Positions 1-9,134 of a stretch of DNA of 28,488 nt are shown piece by piece. Positions within the stretch are counted from its first letter, which is position 1. Each line of letters opens with the position of its first letter. A program made the translations under genes and the position numbers. The DNA comes from Myxococcales bacterium (GTDB lineage: Bacteria; Myxococcota_A; UBA9042): contig JBBISH010000088.1 in the NCBI GenBank assembly GCA_037441385.1, positions 1-28,488 of the forward strand, read 5' to 3'. The notes under the pieces were generated by a model, which saw nothing but the letters and a program-made list of their open reading frames with translations, was not told the origin of the DNA and made no database searches.

Positions 1-196
1 CGAAAGTGGAACGAAAGGGCGGGTTCAGGCTCCGGCTCCGGCCAAGAGTGGCAAGTGGCAATACCTGACACCGCATAACCGCCCCTCGCCCAAAGCGTTG
101 GGGCAGTCGGCGCAGCCGACGGGGTGAGGGCCAATCAACCAAAGATTCAACAGGTTTCCAACACAGATACGGCGCAAGAGCTATCCGGCAACCCCG

Positions 197-1327
197 TCAA
201 TGCACCCACTCCGCCGGGTCCACGGTCTGCCCATTGTGCCGAATCTCGAAGTACAAATACCGGCCCTTCAGCGACCCCGACTGCCCCACCTCGGCCATGC
301 GCTGCCGCGACTTGACCACCTCGCCCACCGCGACCTTGATGCCCTCCAGGTGCGCATACACGGTGTGCCAGCCGTGGCCGTGGTCCAGGATGACCGTCAG
401 ACCGTAGCCCGTCAGCCAACCGACGTGGGCGACCTTGCCCCAAAACACCGCCCGCACCGGCTGCCCCGGTCCACCGGACGCCCGATAATCCACGCCACGG
501 TGCAGGGTTACGGTGCCAAAGCGGGCGTTGCGGATCTCGCCATACGGCACCTCGATGCGGCCCGACACCGGCGCCAGCAGCTTGCCCTGCACCATCGCAA
601 ACGTGTACTTGCGCTCGCCCCACTCTTGCAGCGCTTCGATGCGCTCGGTCAGCTGGCGGTTGGCGATGTCCAGGTCGCGGCCGATGCGCTCGTGGTATTT
701 GCGGTCGGCCTCGATCTCGGCCACCAGCGCCTGTTTGTCGCGGCGTTCCTGCTCGGCGCGCGCCTTCTCGGCGTGCAGCTTCTGCTCCAAGTCCGCCAGC
801 TTCTGCAGCCCGGCGTCGCGCTCGGCCGTCAGGCGCGCCAAGTCGTTGAGCTCTTTGCGGTAGGCGTCCAGGCGCTCCTTGTCGCGCAGCAGCAGCCGCC
901 GCAGCAGCCGATCCTTGGCGACCGACGCCGCAAAATCCTGATGCGACAGCGCAAACCGCAGCGTCGGCAGCTGCGCCAAGCGCAGGATGGCGCGCAGGCG
1001 GGCCTGCACCGACAGCCGCATCTTCTCGAGCTGATCCTGGGCCTCGGCGCGCGACTTTTCGGCGGCGTGCAGGGCGTCGGTCGCCGCGGCCATGTCCACC
1101 GACAGCCGAACGATCTGGTCGTCCAACTCGCCGGCGTGCTGGTCGATGGCGTCCAGCGCCTGCAGCAGGCCCAATTCCGTTTGCAGTGCCTTGGCATAGC
1201 GCCCGGCCAGCTCTTGCCGTTCGGCCGGCTCGGCGCGCTTGGTCTCGGCCGCCTGAGCGGGCACTGTCAGCAAGCACGCCACAGCCAGCAGACACACCAC
1301 CAGCAGCAGGCGCAAAAAGCCAGCCAT
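197..1327 (-). CDS. envC: Murein hydrolase activator EnvC family protein (signal peptide, coiled coil, M23/LytM domain)
   Basis: Signal peptide (AQA-AE), long coiled coil, C-terminal M23 motifs HRGVDY, GYGLTVILDHG, TVYAHL, YLYFEIR; directly downstream of ftsX. Confidence 0.85.
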   Translation of the reverse strand: MAGFLRLLLVVCLLAVACLLTVPAQAAETKRAEPAERQELAGRYAKALQTELGLLQALDAIDQHAGELDDQIVRLSVDMAAATDALHAAEKSRAEAQDQLEKMRLSVQARLRAILRLAQLPTLRFALSHQDFAASVAKDRLLRRLLLRDKERLDAYRKELNDLARLTAERDAGLQKLADLEQKLHAEKARAEQERRDKQALVAEIEADRKYHERIGRDLDIANRQLTERIEALQEWGERKYTFAMVQGKLLAPVSGRIEVPYGEIRNARFGTVTLHRGVDYRASGGPGQPVRAVFWGKVAHVGWLTGYGLTVILDHGHGWHTVYAHLEGIKVAVGEVVKSRQRMAEVGQSGSLKGRYLYFEIRHNGQTVDPAEWVH

Positions 1328-1330
1328 CGC

Positions 1331-2233
1331 CTACACCTTGAGGTAGCGGCCCACAGAGAGCGCGCTCGCCGCCAGCCCCACCGCCGGCCCGCCGATGACC
1401 AGCCAGGCAATCATCCCGGGCGGCAACAGCGACCAGCTCACGTTGAGCATGTAGACGTCGCGCACCAACCCGCGCAGCTCCAGGTGCAAAAGCCCCAGCA
1501 ACGTCGCGGCGATCGCCGCCCCCGCCAGGCCCTGCAGCGCCCCTTCGACCAAGAACGGCAGCCGCACGAAGCCGGGCGTCGCGCCCACCAACGTCTGGAT
1601 CTCGATCTCGTCGCGCCGCGAAAACACCGCCAGCCGCACGGTGGAAAACACGAAGAACATCGCACTGGCCAGCAACACCCCGCTCAGCACGATGCCGATG
1701 GTGCGCGCGATCTCGACCAACGCAAAGAGCAGTCGGAGCTTTTCGGCCCCAAATTCAACGTCTTCCACCGATTGCACGCCGCGCAACGCGCCGGTCCATT
1801 TGACCAGCGCGTCCACGTCGCCGCGCGAGGCGAGCTCGGCGTCGATGTCGACCTCGAGCACGGGCTGCCCTGGGATCGACGCCTCGTCCAGGCCCTGCAA
1901 CAGTTCGGGCGACAACAGCTTCTTGTTGCGGTCGCGGTCCTGTTCGCGCGTCAGGGCGCGGACTTTCTTGATACCGGCATGGGCCTCGAGCTTCTGCCGC
2001 ACCGCGGTGATCTCGTCCGCGCTCGCGGTGTCGTGCAGGTACACGGACAGCGTCAGCGACTGGCCCAACTCGTGCATCAAGTGCCCAGCGTTGAACATCA
2101 CCGACGCGAACAGTCCCACCAGCGTCAGCGCCAGGGCAATCGTCAGCGACGACACCCCGGCCAGCCACGGCGAGCCGCGCAGCAGCAACCACGCCTGCCG
2201 CAAGACGTAATCAGGTCGCGCGCCGTTCTTCAC
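1331..2233 (-). CDS. ftsX: Cell division permease FtsX
   Basis: Four TM segments, periplasmic loop, motif RRDEIEIQTLVGATPGFVRLPFLVEG; 4-nt overlap with ftsE stop. Confidence 0.9.
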   Translation of the reverse strand: MKNGARPDYVLRQAWLLLRGSPWLAGVSSLTIALALTLVGLFASVMFNAGHLMHELGQSLTLSVYLHDTASADEITAVRQKLEAHAGIKKVRALTREQDRDRNKKLLSPELLQGLDEASIPGQPVLEVDIDAELASRGDVDALVKWTGALRGVQSVEDVEFGAEKLRLLFALVEIARTIGIVLSGVLLASAMFFVFSTVRLAVFSRRDEIEIQTLVGATPGFVRLPFLVEGALQGLAGAAIAATLLGLLHLELRGLVRDVYMLNVSWSLLPPGMIAWLVIGGPAVGLAASALSVGRYLKV

Positions 2234-3033
2234 GGGCCCACCTCATCCGAGCGGAGCTCGTCCGGGATGTCGAGCGGCACCGGCGCTTCGGCCCCATGTT
2301 GGCGCGACTCCGTGAGCGCGACCGCCAGAGGATTCAGCCCCGTTTCTCCGGTGATGCGCTGGCCCAGCTGGCGCGGCCGGTCTTCGAGCAGCTGCCCGCG
2401 GCCCAGCACCAGCGTGCGCATCCCGTACCGCTCGACCAGGCCGTGGTCGTGCGTCGCGACCAGCACCGTGGTGCCGCGCCGGCCCACGTCCATGAGCAAT
2501 TGCAGGATGTCGTGGCCTAGCTCGGGGTCCAGGTTGCCGGTCGGCTCGTCGGCCAGCAAGATGGCGGGCTCGTTCACCAAGGCGCGGGCAATTGCCACGC
2601 GCTGCTGCTCGCCGGCGCTCAGATCGCCTGGGAAGGCCTGGGCGCGGTGCATCATGCGCAGGCCGTCCAGCAACTGACTGACACGCCGTTCGATTTCCTT
2701 GGGACCCAGGCCCATGATCTCCAGCGCAATCGCCACGTTCTCGTAGACTGTGCGCCGCGGGATCAGCCGGAAGTCCTGGAACACCATGCCGATATTGCGG
2801 CGCAGGAACGGGATCGACGCGTCGCGCAGCACATGGATGTTGCGGCCGCCAATCAGGATTTGGCCGTCGGTCGCCCGTTCCATCACCATGAGCAGCCGCA
2901 GCAGGGTCGACTTGCCGGCGCCGCTGGGCCCGGTCAAGAACACGAATTCGCCTTCGCGCACGCGGAGCGTGACGTCGACCAGGGCATCGGTGCCGTTCGC
3001 GTAGCGTTTGTGGACGTGGTAGAGCTGGATCAT
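2230..3033 (-). CDS. ftsE: Cell division ATP-binding protein FtsE
   Basis: Walker A GPSGAGKST, LRRNIGMVFQDFRLI, LSAGEQQRVAIARA, LLADEPTGNLD, ATHD; upstream of ftsX and envC. Confidence 0.92.
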   Translation of the reverse strand: MIQLYHVHKRYANGTDALVDVTLRVREGEFVFLTGPSGAGKSTLLRLLMVMERATDGQILIGGRNIHVLRDASIPFLRRNIGMVFQDFRLIPRRTVYENVAIALEIMGLGPKEIERRVSQLLDGLRMMHRAQAFPGDLSAGEQQRVAIARALVNEPAILLADEPTGNLDPELGHDILQLLMDVGRRGTTVLVATHDHGLVERYGMRTLVLGRGQLLEDRPRQLGQRITGETGLNPLAVALTESRQHGAEAPVPLDIPDELRSDEVGP

Positions 3034-3087
3034 CGCCGGCAGAACCTATCACAAGGTGGACGTTCTCGGAAGCCAAAGCCGAAGCGG

Positions 3088-3116
3088 TCGACAAGTCCGG
3101 CGGCACGCCCTATCCT
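3088..3116 (+). promoter_or_regulatory. Putative sigma70 promoter of the Xdh-type cluster
   Basis: TCGACA-N17-TATCCT about 37 nt upstream of the GTG at 3153. Confidence 0.4.
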
Positions 3117-3152
3117 CGCGGGCGGCAGGTCCCAGTGGACCGCGGAGTTGCT

Positions 3153-3680
3153 GTGAGCGCCGACCACCCCGCCCTGGACTCGAGCGAAGCGGCGCGGCCG
3201 CGCGTGCGGATCCGCGTCACCGTCAACGGCAAGCTCCGCGAGATCGACGTCGCCCCCATGCAGCGCCTGCTCGACGTCTTGCGCCACGATCTGCAACTGA
3301 CCGGCACCAAAGAAGGTTGCGGCGAAGGCGAGTGCGGCGCTTGTTCGGTGCTGCTGGGCGGCCGCCCGGTCAATAGCTGCCTGGTCCCCGCCGTGCACGC
3401 CGACGGCCAAGAGATCACCACCATCGAGGGCCTGGAAGGCCACGGCGCCATGCACGCGGTGCAATCGGCCTTTATCCAAGCGGGCAGCGCCCAGTGCGGC
3501 ATTTGCACCCCGGGGATGGTGGTGACGGCGGCTTGGCTGGTCGACAGCCACAAGGGCCAGGCCCTGCCCGAGCCCGAGATTCGCGCCCACCTGGCCGGCA
3601 ACCTGTGCCGCTGCACCGGCTACGGCCAGATCGTAGAAGCCGTGGTCAGCTCGCTGCAAAAGCAGGCGACGGAGGGCTAG
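3153..3680 (+). CDS. (2Fe-2S)-binding small subunit, xanthine dehydrogenase/CoxS family
   Basis: GTKEGCGEGECGACSV, NSCL, QCGICTPG, GNLCRCTGY motifs; GTG start at 3153 after GGAG (ORF track starts at 3135). Confidence 0.92.
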   Translation: MSADHPALDSSEAARPRVRIRVTVNGKLREIDVAPMQRLLDVLRHDLQLTGTKEGCGEGECGACSVLLGGRPVNSCLVPAVHADGQEITTIEGLEGHGAMHAVQSAFIQAGSAQCGICTPGMVVTAAWLVDSHKGQALPEPEIRAHLAGNLCRCTGYGQIVEAVVSSLQKQATEG

Positions 3681-4613
3681 ATGCAAGCCAAACTGCTGCG
3701 CGAAGGGCAGGGCCCCGAGCGCCACCCGGCCCTGCTGCGCGACGTCGAGGTCCTGCGCCCCCGCTCGCTGGACGAAGCGCTGCGGATGCTCGAGCGTGCC
3801 CACCGCGATGGCGTGGCGCTGCGCCCCATGGCGGGCTGCACGGATGTGCTCGTCGACGCGCATTTTGGCAAAGCGCTGCCCGAGCGCTTTGTGGACGTGT
3901 GGGGCCTGCGCAAAGAGTTGGGTGGCCTGCAATGGTCGGACTTGGGGCTGGCCATTGGTGCCGGCTGCACCTACGCAGAAGCTCTGGAAGCTAAGCGCTT
4001 CGTCCGCGAGTTGCCCGGCCTGGCCAAGGCCGCGAGCCAGGTGGGTGCGCGGCAGATCCAGGCGCGCGGCACCTTTGCCGGCAATATCGAGAACGCCTCG
4101 CCCGCCGCCGACGCCGCGCCGATGCTGCTGGCGCTGGATGCGCAGGTCAAGCTAGCGTCGTTGCAGGGGATTCGCACCGTGCCGCTGGCGAGCTACTGGC
4201 CGGCCTACCGCCAGACCGTGCGCCGCCCGGACGAGCTCATCACGGCGATCCTGGTGCCGGCCAGCAGTTGGGCGAGCCGCGGTCAGTGGTTCCGCAAGGT
4301 GGGCACGCGCGCCTACCAGGCGATCACCAAGGTCGGCTTGGCGGCGCGGCTGGACTGGCAGGGCGGCCAGGTGGCCGAGGTGCGGCTGGCGGCGATCTCG
4401 ATGGCGGCGACGCCGCTGCGCTGCCCCAAGCTGGAAGCCTACTTACTGGGCCGAACCCTGGCCGCGGTGGACCCGGCCGAGCTGCGGGCCGCGCAGGCGG
4501 CCGACCTGCAGCCCATCGACGACGTGCGCTCGACTGCCAGCTATCGGGCCGAGGTGTTCGCCCGGCTGGTCGAGCAGGCCTTGCGCGAGACGCACCTTGC
4601 CGCCGCCCACTAG
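3681..4613 (+). CDS. FAD-binding medium subunit, xanthine dehydrogenase/CoxM family
   Basis: PRSLDEAL, MAGCTDV, IGAGCT, QIQARGTFAGNIENASPAAD, PIDDVRSTASYR motifs; abuts the small-subunit stop. Confidence 0.9.
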   Translation: MQAKLLREGQGPERHPALLRDVEVLRPRSLDEALRMLERAHRDGVALRPMAGCTDVLVDAHFGKALPERFVDVWGLRKELGGLQWSDLGLAIGAGCTYAEALEAKRFVRELPGLAKAASQVGARQIQARGTFAGNIENASPAADAAPMLLALDAQVKLASLQGIRTVPLASYWPAYRQTVRRPDELITAILVPASSWASRGQWFRKVGTRAYQAITKVGLAARLDWQGGQVAEVRLAAISMAATPLRCPKLEAYLLGRTLAAVDPAELRAAQAADLQPIDDVRSTASYRAEVFARLVEQALRETHLAAAH

Positions 4614-5763
4614 ACAAACGTCAAGTCAGAGCCCGGCGACCTGGCCCCTGGATGGCGAGGCACTGCGGTTGCTGCTGCGCCTGCCCGAACTGCTGCCCGC
4701 GGGCTGCCGGCCCGCCACGCTGGTGACCGTGCTGGCCACTCAGGGCTCGGCGCCCAGGCGACCCGGCGCGCGTATGCTCTGTCGCGACGGCAAGTTGCTG
4801 GGCGGTACCATCGGCGGCGGCCACCTGGAAGATCAGGCGCTGCGCGACGCGGCGGGTCTGGGCCAGAGTGGCAGCAGCGATGCCGACGCGCCGCCGGCCG
4901 CCGCCAGCGAGTACGCCGAAGAAGCCGACGAGCAGGGCAACCCGCGCCGCCTGTGCCGCTACAACCTGGGCCCCAAGCTGGCGCAGTGCTGCGGCGGCGT
5001 GGTCTGGCTGCATTTTGCCGAGGTGAGCGCCGAGCAGGCCCGCGAACTGGCCCAGCAAGTCCGCGGGGCGCTGGACGAAGGCGCCCAGTGGACCACGCGC
5101 TTCGGCGACCTGGAGCTGGTCGAGATCCCGCAACCGCCGCCCACGGTGCTGATTTTTGGCGCGGGTCACGTTGCCGCCGCCCTGTCGCGCGTGCTGCAGC
5201 CGCTACCGTGGCGCGTGCAGGTCCTGGACCCACGGCCGGAGTGGGCGCGCCCCGAGCGGTTCGCGCCCGGCACGGACGTGTTGTGCGCCGACCCTTTGCG
5301 GGTGCTGGCGGCCTGGGGCTGGCTGGGCCAGGCGGCCAAGACCTCGCAAACCGCCGAACGGCTTAGGCAAACCGTGCGCGCCAGCCTGGGCCGCGAACTG
5401 CCTGCGCCGCCTGTGCCCGAGATCGCCCACGCACTGGTGATGACTTGGGATCACGCGCTGGACCGCGACTTGGTCGAGGCCCTGCTCCGCGCGCCCGAAG
5501 CGCAAGGCCACGGCGACCGGCCGCTCGCCTACGTGGGCCTGATCGGCAGCAAGTCGAAGATCGCCGCAACCCACCAGCGCTTGCGGTCCCGCGGCGTGAG
5601 TGAATCGCAACTGGCCCGCCTGACCGCGCCGATTGGGCTGCTAGTCGACGGCCGACCGATTGGCGGCAATCTACCCGGCGAGATCGCGATCTCGGTGGCG
5701 GCGCAATTGCTCAGCCTGCAGCACCGCTTGCCGGCCGCGGCACCGCTTTCAGCCGATGACTAA
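4597..5763 (+). CDS. xdhC: Xanthine dehydrogenase accessory protein XdhC (Moco insertion chaperone)
   Basis: GSAPRRPGARM, GTIGGGHLE, LAQCCGG, IFGAGHV, VMTWDHALD, YVGLIGSKSK, PGEIAISVAAQLL; start codon uncertain. Confidence 0.85.
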   Translation: MPPPTRQTSSQSPATWPLDGEALRLLLRLPELLPAGCRPATLVTVLATQGSAPRRPGARMLCRDGKLLGGTIGGGHLEDQALRDAAGLGQSGSSDADAPPAAASEYAEEADEQGNPRRLCRYNLGPKLAQCCGGVVWLHFAEVSAEQARELAQQVRGALDEGAQWTTRFGDLELVEIPQPPPTVLIFGAGHVAAALSRVLQPLPWRVQVLDPRPEWARPERFAPGTDVLCADPLRVLAAWGWLGQAAKTSQTAERLRQTVRASLGRELPAPPVPEIAHALVMTWDHALDRDLVEALLRAPEAQGHGDRPLAYVGLIGSKSKIAATHQRLRSRGVSESQLARLTAPIGLLVDGRPIGGNLPGEIAISVAAQLLSLQHRLPAAAPLSADD

Positions 5764-6352
5764 CCGCGCCGCACTGACAGTGCTGGTGTTGGGCGGCGGC
5801 CAGGGTCGGCGCGCTGGCGGGCCCAAGGCGCTCAAAGTCCATTCGCAAACGGGCGAATTGCTCTGGCGTTGGCAGCGGCGGCTGATCCTGGCGGATGCCA
5901 GCCAGGTGGTGTCCGTCTTGCACCCTGGCGCATGGCAGGGGCTGCAGCCGCCGCAGGCGGACGAGGGGGCGGTGGCTGCCGATCCCGACGCCGAAGCCTT
6001 TGACTCGCTGCAACGCGGCCTGGCTGCTTGCGATCCGACGCTGCCCGTGGCGGTCTTGCCGGTGGACTGCCCGTGGCCCGGTCGCGCCGTGCTGGCGGCC
6101 CTGCTGCAGCGCGCGGAAGCCCCGACCCTGCCTGTACTTGCGGTGCGTCCCGTGGTGAACACGCCCAGCGGCCCGCGCGGCGGCCACCCCCTGCTGCTGC
6201 TGCCGGCGGCGCTGCCGCTGTTGCTTGCGCTGGATCCACAAACCGCCAGGCTGGATCACTGGTTGCGGGATCTGGGGCCGCGGGCCGCTGACGCCCCGGT
6301 GAGCGACCCGGCGGTGCTGGCCAACCACAACCTGGACGGCGTAGCGCGGTAG
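5756..6352 (+). CDS. MocA/MobA-like nucleotidyltransferase (probable molybdenum cofactor cytidylyltransferase)
   Basis: VLGGGQGRRAGGPKAL, SLQRGL, LPVDCP, RGGHP motifs; ATG at 5756 overlaps the xdhC end. Confidence 0.75.
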   Translation: MTNRAALTVLVLGGGQGRRAGGPKALKVHSQTGELLWRWQRRLILADASQVVSVLHPGAWQGLQPPQADEGAVAADPDAEAFDSLQRGLAACDPTLPVAVLPVDCPWPGRAVLAALLQRAEAPTLPVLAVRPVVNTPSGPRGGHPLLLLPAALPLLLALDPQTARLDHWLRDLGPRAADAPVSDPAVLANHNLDGVAR

Positions 6353-6365
6353 CCGAGGATTGACT

Positions 6366-6394
6366 TTGACGGCCCGCTGACGCCCCGGTACCAT
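6366..6394 (+). promoter_or_regulatory. Putative sigma70 promoter of the fibre-like gene
   Basis: TTGACG-N17-TACCAT about 107 nt upstream of ATG 6501. Confidence 0.55.
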
Positions 6395-6500
6395 GGGCCA
6401 CCACGCTGTCCTGCCCGGCGAACGGTCGCTTGAGCATGATTGTGGCAGCAGTGAGCGCCGCCCCACCGCGCGGGCGAGTACAGAGTCGTTTGGGGGAACC

Positions 6501-9134
6501 ATGCGGATTCGGCACTTCTTTGTCACAGCCATGCTCGCGCTGCTCGCTACGGCCGCGACCTCGGCGCAGCCGGCCCAGGCCGCGGTGCCGACCACGGCGA
6601 ATATCGAAGGCTTGTTGCTGTCGGCCGGCGGCGGCCCCGCCGCGGACGGTAATTACACCATCAATTTCGCCATTTACGCTGCCGAGACCGGCGGCACGCC
6701 CGTCTGGAGCGAGACCGGCGTAACCGTGGCGGCCAAGGGCGGCCAATTCACCACCCAGATCGGCGCCAAGACGCCGCTTTCGGCGGCCGCCCTCAACCAG
6801 CAGACCGCCTGGTTGGGCGTGCAGGTGGGCACCGACCCCGAGCTGCCGCGCAAGCCTTTGGGCGCCAACCTGTTTGCCCTGCGCGCCGCCGTGGCCGAGG
6901 CCCTGGAATGCTCCGGCTGCCTCAAGGCCGGTGCGTTGGATGCCGGCGTGCTGCAACCCTATGCCAAGACGACGGATCTTTCGGTGTACGCCAAGTCCGC
7001 CGATCTGGGCGCCTATGCGAAGTCGACCGACCTGAGCGCCTATGCCAAGTCCAGCGACCTTGGCGCCTACGCCAAGGCGACGGATCTGGGCGCCTATGCC
7101 AAGACCGCTGACCTGGCCAATTACGTTCAGGCTTCGGCCCTGGCCAAGGTCGCCGGCACGGGCAGCTACACCGACCTGACCAACCTCCCCACGTTCGCCA
7201 AGGTGGCCACCACCGGCGACTATGCGGACCTGAAGAACACACCGGCGATTCCCCAGACCAACAAGCTGTGCGGGACCGCGTTGTTCCTCAAGGGCTTCAA
7301 CGCCGACGGCAGCATCAACTGCTCGCCCATCGTGGCGGGCGACCTGCCCCTCGACGGCATCAAAGGCGTGACCAACGGCCTGCTGACCGATCAGTTCGTC
7401 GACCTGCAAAACGGCACGCCCGATGTGCAGATCAAAGACGGTCTGGGCGCGGGCGTCACCGACGTGCTCACGTTCCCCGACATTGGCGTCGCACAGAAGA
7501 TCTGGATCAACATGAGCATCCAGAACTCGGACCTGAGCGGAGTGCGGGTCGAGCTGTACGGCCCCAGCATCGTCAATCCCTACATCCTGTACGATGGCGG
7601 CAAGACCGGTACCAGCCTGACCGCCGCCTTCAACGACAGCACCGCCATCGTCTCGGGCAACATCAACGGCGACTGGGTTGGCAAGAACATCAAGGGTCAA
7701 TGGTCCGTCACGGTCAAGGACCTCAAGGCCGGCGGCGGCTCGGGCGGCTTCGACGGCAAGTTCAACTGGTCGATCGCCATCCAGACGCTGTCGAACAAGA
7801 AGCTGCAGCTCAAGGGCGACCTGATCGTCGACGGCAACATCGTCATGTCGGCCAGCAACACCCTGGCCGAGCGGGTGACCAGCCAGACCAACCGCATGCA
7901 GGGCTACATCGACTACTCCGACAACTTCCGCACCGTGCCGGGCTTTGCGTTGCCCTTCATCGCTGGCAGCGGCCCGGTGCAGATTAGCACGTCGCTGCCG
8001 TTGGCCTCGGGCTCGCACGGCACCTGCCGGCCGCTCATCGACGGCCTGCCGGCCGGTCTGTACGAGGGCACCGAAACCACCTACAAGTGGCAGGAAGGCT
8101 TGACCTACCTGTGGCAGCCCAGCAGTGGCATCTGGCGCATGTGGAACAACACCCGCCTGTTCAAGGGCCTGGCCCCGGGCAACCACGTCGTTTCGCTCGA
8201 ATGCCTGAACGACTCGACCCAGGGCGGGCCCGTCACCGGCCGCACCGACGCCGTCAACGTGATGAACGTCGTGCCCTACGATGATCCGGCCGCCGCCGAG
8301 GTCAAGGCCTACAGCACCACCGCGTTGCCGAATCAGACCATCGGTTCAACCAATGTCTTCACTGTGGTCAATGGCCTGTCGGTCCCGTTCGTGTCACAGG
8401 GCGGACCGGTGCGCGTGGCGCTCTCGATCCCGACCAACAGCGGGTCGCACTCCAGCTGCCGGCCGCTGATCGACGGCACCCCCGCCGGCACCGGCGACGT
8501 CGACGACACCAGCTACACGTGGCAGGAAGGTCTGCAGTACGTCAGCAGTTGGTGGAACGTCTGGAACCGCACCCGCGTCTACAAGAACGTGGCCGCTGGC
8601 AGTCACACCCTGACGGTGCAGTGCTTGACCGACTCGGCGCCCACTTACATTGGCAACAGCCGCGTCGCCGCCCAGGCCATCGTCACCACCTACCTGCCCA
8701 ACACCGACCCCAACTCGGTGACCAAGGTGTTCTGGGGCAGCGAGAAGAAGTCGTACACGCTCAGCTCCAGCTCGGCGTGGACGGCGCTGAGCAGCAGCGG
8801 CTCGGGCACCGGCATCAACATCAAGTTCACTTCGTCGGGCGGTCCGGTCGAAATCGGTGCGTCGATTCCGCTGAACGGCGGCTCGCACAGCACCTGCCGC
8901 GCGGTCATCGACGGCAAGGCCGCCCAATCGGGCGAGCCCGACCTGACCAGCAGCTACTGGCAGGAAGGTTTGGTCTACACGGCCGGCTCCTGGCAGATGT
9001 GGGACCGCGTGCGCGTGTACAAGGGCCTGGCCAAGGGCGATCACACCTTGTACTTCGAGTGCCATGGCGACGGTGGCGGTACCTCGGCCGGCCACGGCAA
9101 CATGGTCTCGCACGTGTTCGCTATCGCTTACTAA
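6501..9134 (+). CDS. Secreted mosaic phage-tail-fibre-like protein with proprotein convertase P-domain and three C-terminal Cys/Trp repeats
   Basis: Signal peptide (AQA-AVP), GGGGGA RBS, strong GC3 bias, fibre-type N-terminal module, 9-aa repeats, P-domain-like segment (IKDG...DLSGVRVELYGP...GQWSVTVKD...NWSIAI), three homologous ~100-aa units. Confidence 0.75.
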   Translation: MRIRHFFVTAMLALLATAATSAQPAQAAVPTTANIEGLLLSAGGGPAADGNYTINFAIYAAETGGTPVWSETGVTVAAKGGQFTTQIGAKTPLSAAALNQQTAWLGVQVGTDPELPRKPLGANLFALRAAVAEALECSGCLKAGALDAGVLQPYAKTTDLSVYAKSADLGAYAKSTDLSAYAKSSDLGAYAKATDLGAYAKTADLANYVQASALAKVAGTGSYTDLTNLPTFAKVATTGDYADLKNTPAIPQTNKLCGTALFLKGFNADGSINCSPIVAGDLPLDGIKGVTNGLLTDQFVDLQNGTPDVQIKDGLGAGVTDVLTFPDIGVAQKIWINMSIQNSDLSGVRVELYGPSIVNPYILYDGGKTGTSLTAAFNDSTAIVSGNINGDWVGKNIKGQWSVTVKDLKAGGGSGGFDGKFNWSIAIQTLSNKKLQLKGDLIVDGNIVMSASNTLAERVTSQTNRMQGYIDYSDNFRTVPGFALPFIAGSGPVQISTSLPLASGSHGTCRPLIDGLPAGLYEGTETTYKWQEGLTYLWQPSSGIWRMWNNTRLFKGLAPGNHVVSLECLNDSTQGGPVTGRTDAVNVMNVVPYDDPAAAEVKAYSTTALPNQTIGSTNVFTVVNGLSVPFVSQGGPVRVALSIPTNSGSHSSCRPLIDGTPAGTGDVDDTSYTWQEGLQYVSSWWNVWNRTRVYKNVAAGSHTLTVQCLTDSAPTYIGNSRVAAQAIVTTYLPNTDPNSVTKVFWGSEKKSYTLSSSSAWTALSSSGSGTGINIKFTSSGGPVEIGASIPLNGGSHSTCRAVIDGKAAQSGEPDLTSSYWQEGLVYTAGSWQMWDRVRVYKGLAKGDHTLYFECHGDGGGTSAGHGNMVSHVFAIAY
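6960..7121 (+). repeat. Intragenic 27-bp tandem repeat x6 encoding YAK(S/T/A)xDL(G/S/A)x
   Basis: YAKTTDLSV/YAKSADLGA/YAKSTDLSA/YAKSSDLGA/YAKATDLGA/YAKTADLAN. Confidence 0.9.

Noticed and set aside
1..196. Possible ncRNA or sigma54 promoter downstream of envC
   Set aside because: The GG-GC spacing of the candidate is 9 nt and not 10; no recognisable RNA motif
200..2677. 825-aa plus-strand ORF
   Set aside because: Antisense shadow of envC/ftsX/ftsE caused by high GC; no motifs
6960..7121. 27-bp periodic repeats as a CRISPR array
   Set aside because: No spacers; the repeats are in frame and vary like coding sequence; no cas genes
5832..8186. 784-aa minus-strand ORF
   Set aside because: Antisense mirror of the fibre and MocA-like genes
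7929..9131. C-terminal repeats as DGR template/variable repeats
   Set aside because: Divergence is broad and not adenine-specific, all units are coding, and there is no reverse transcriptase
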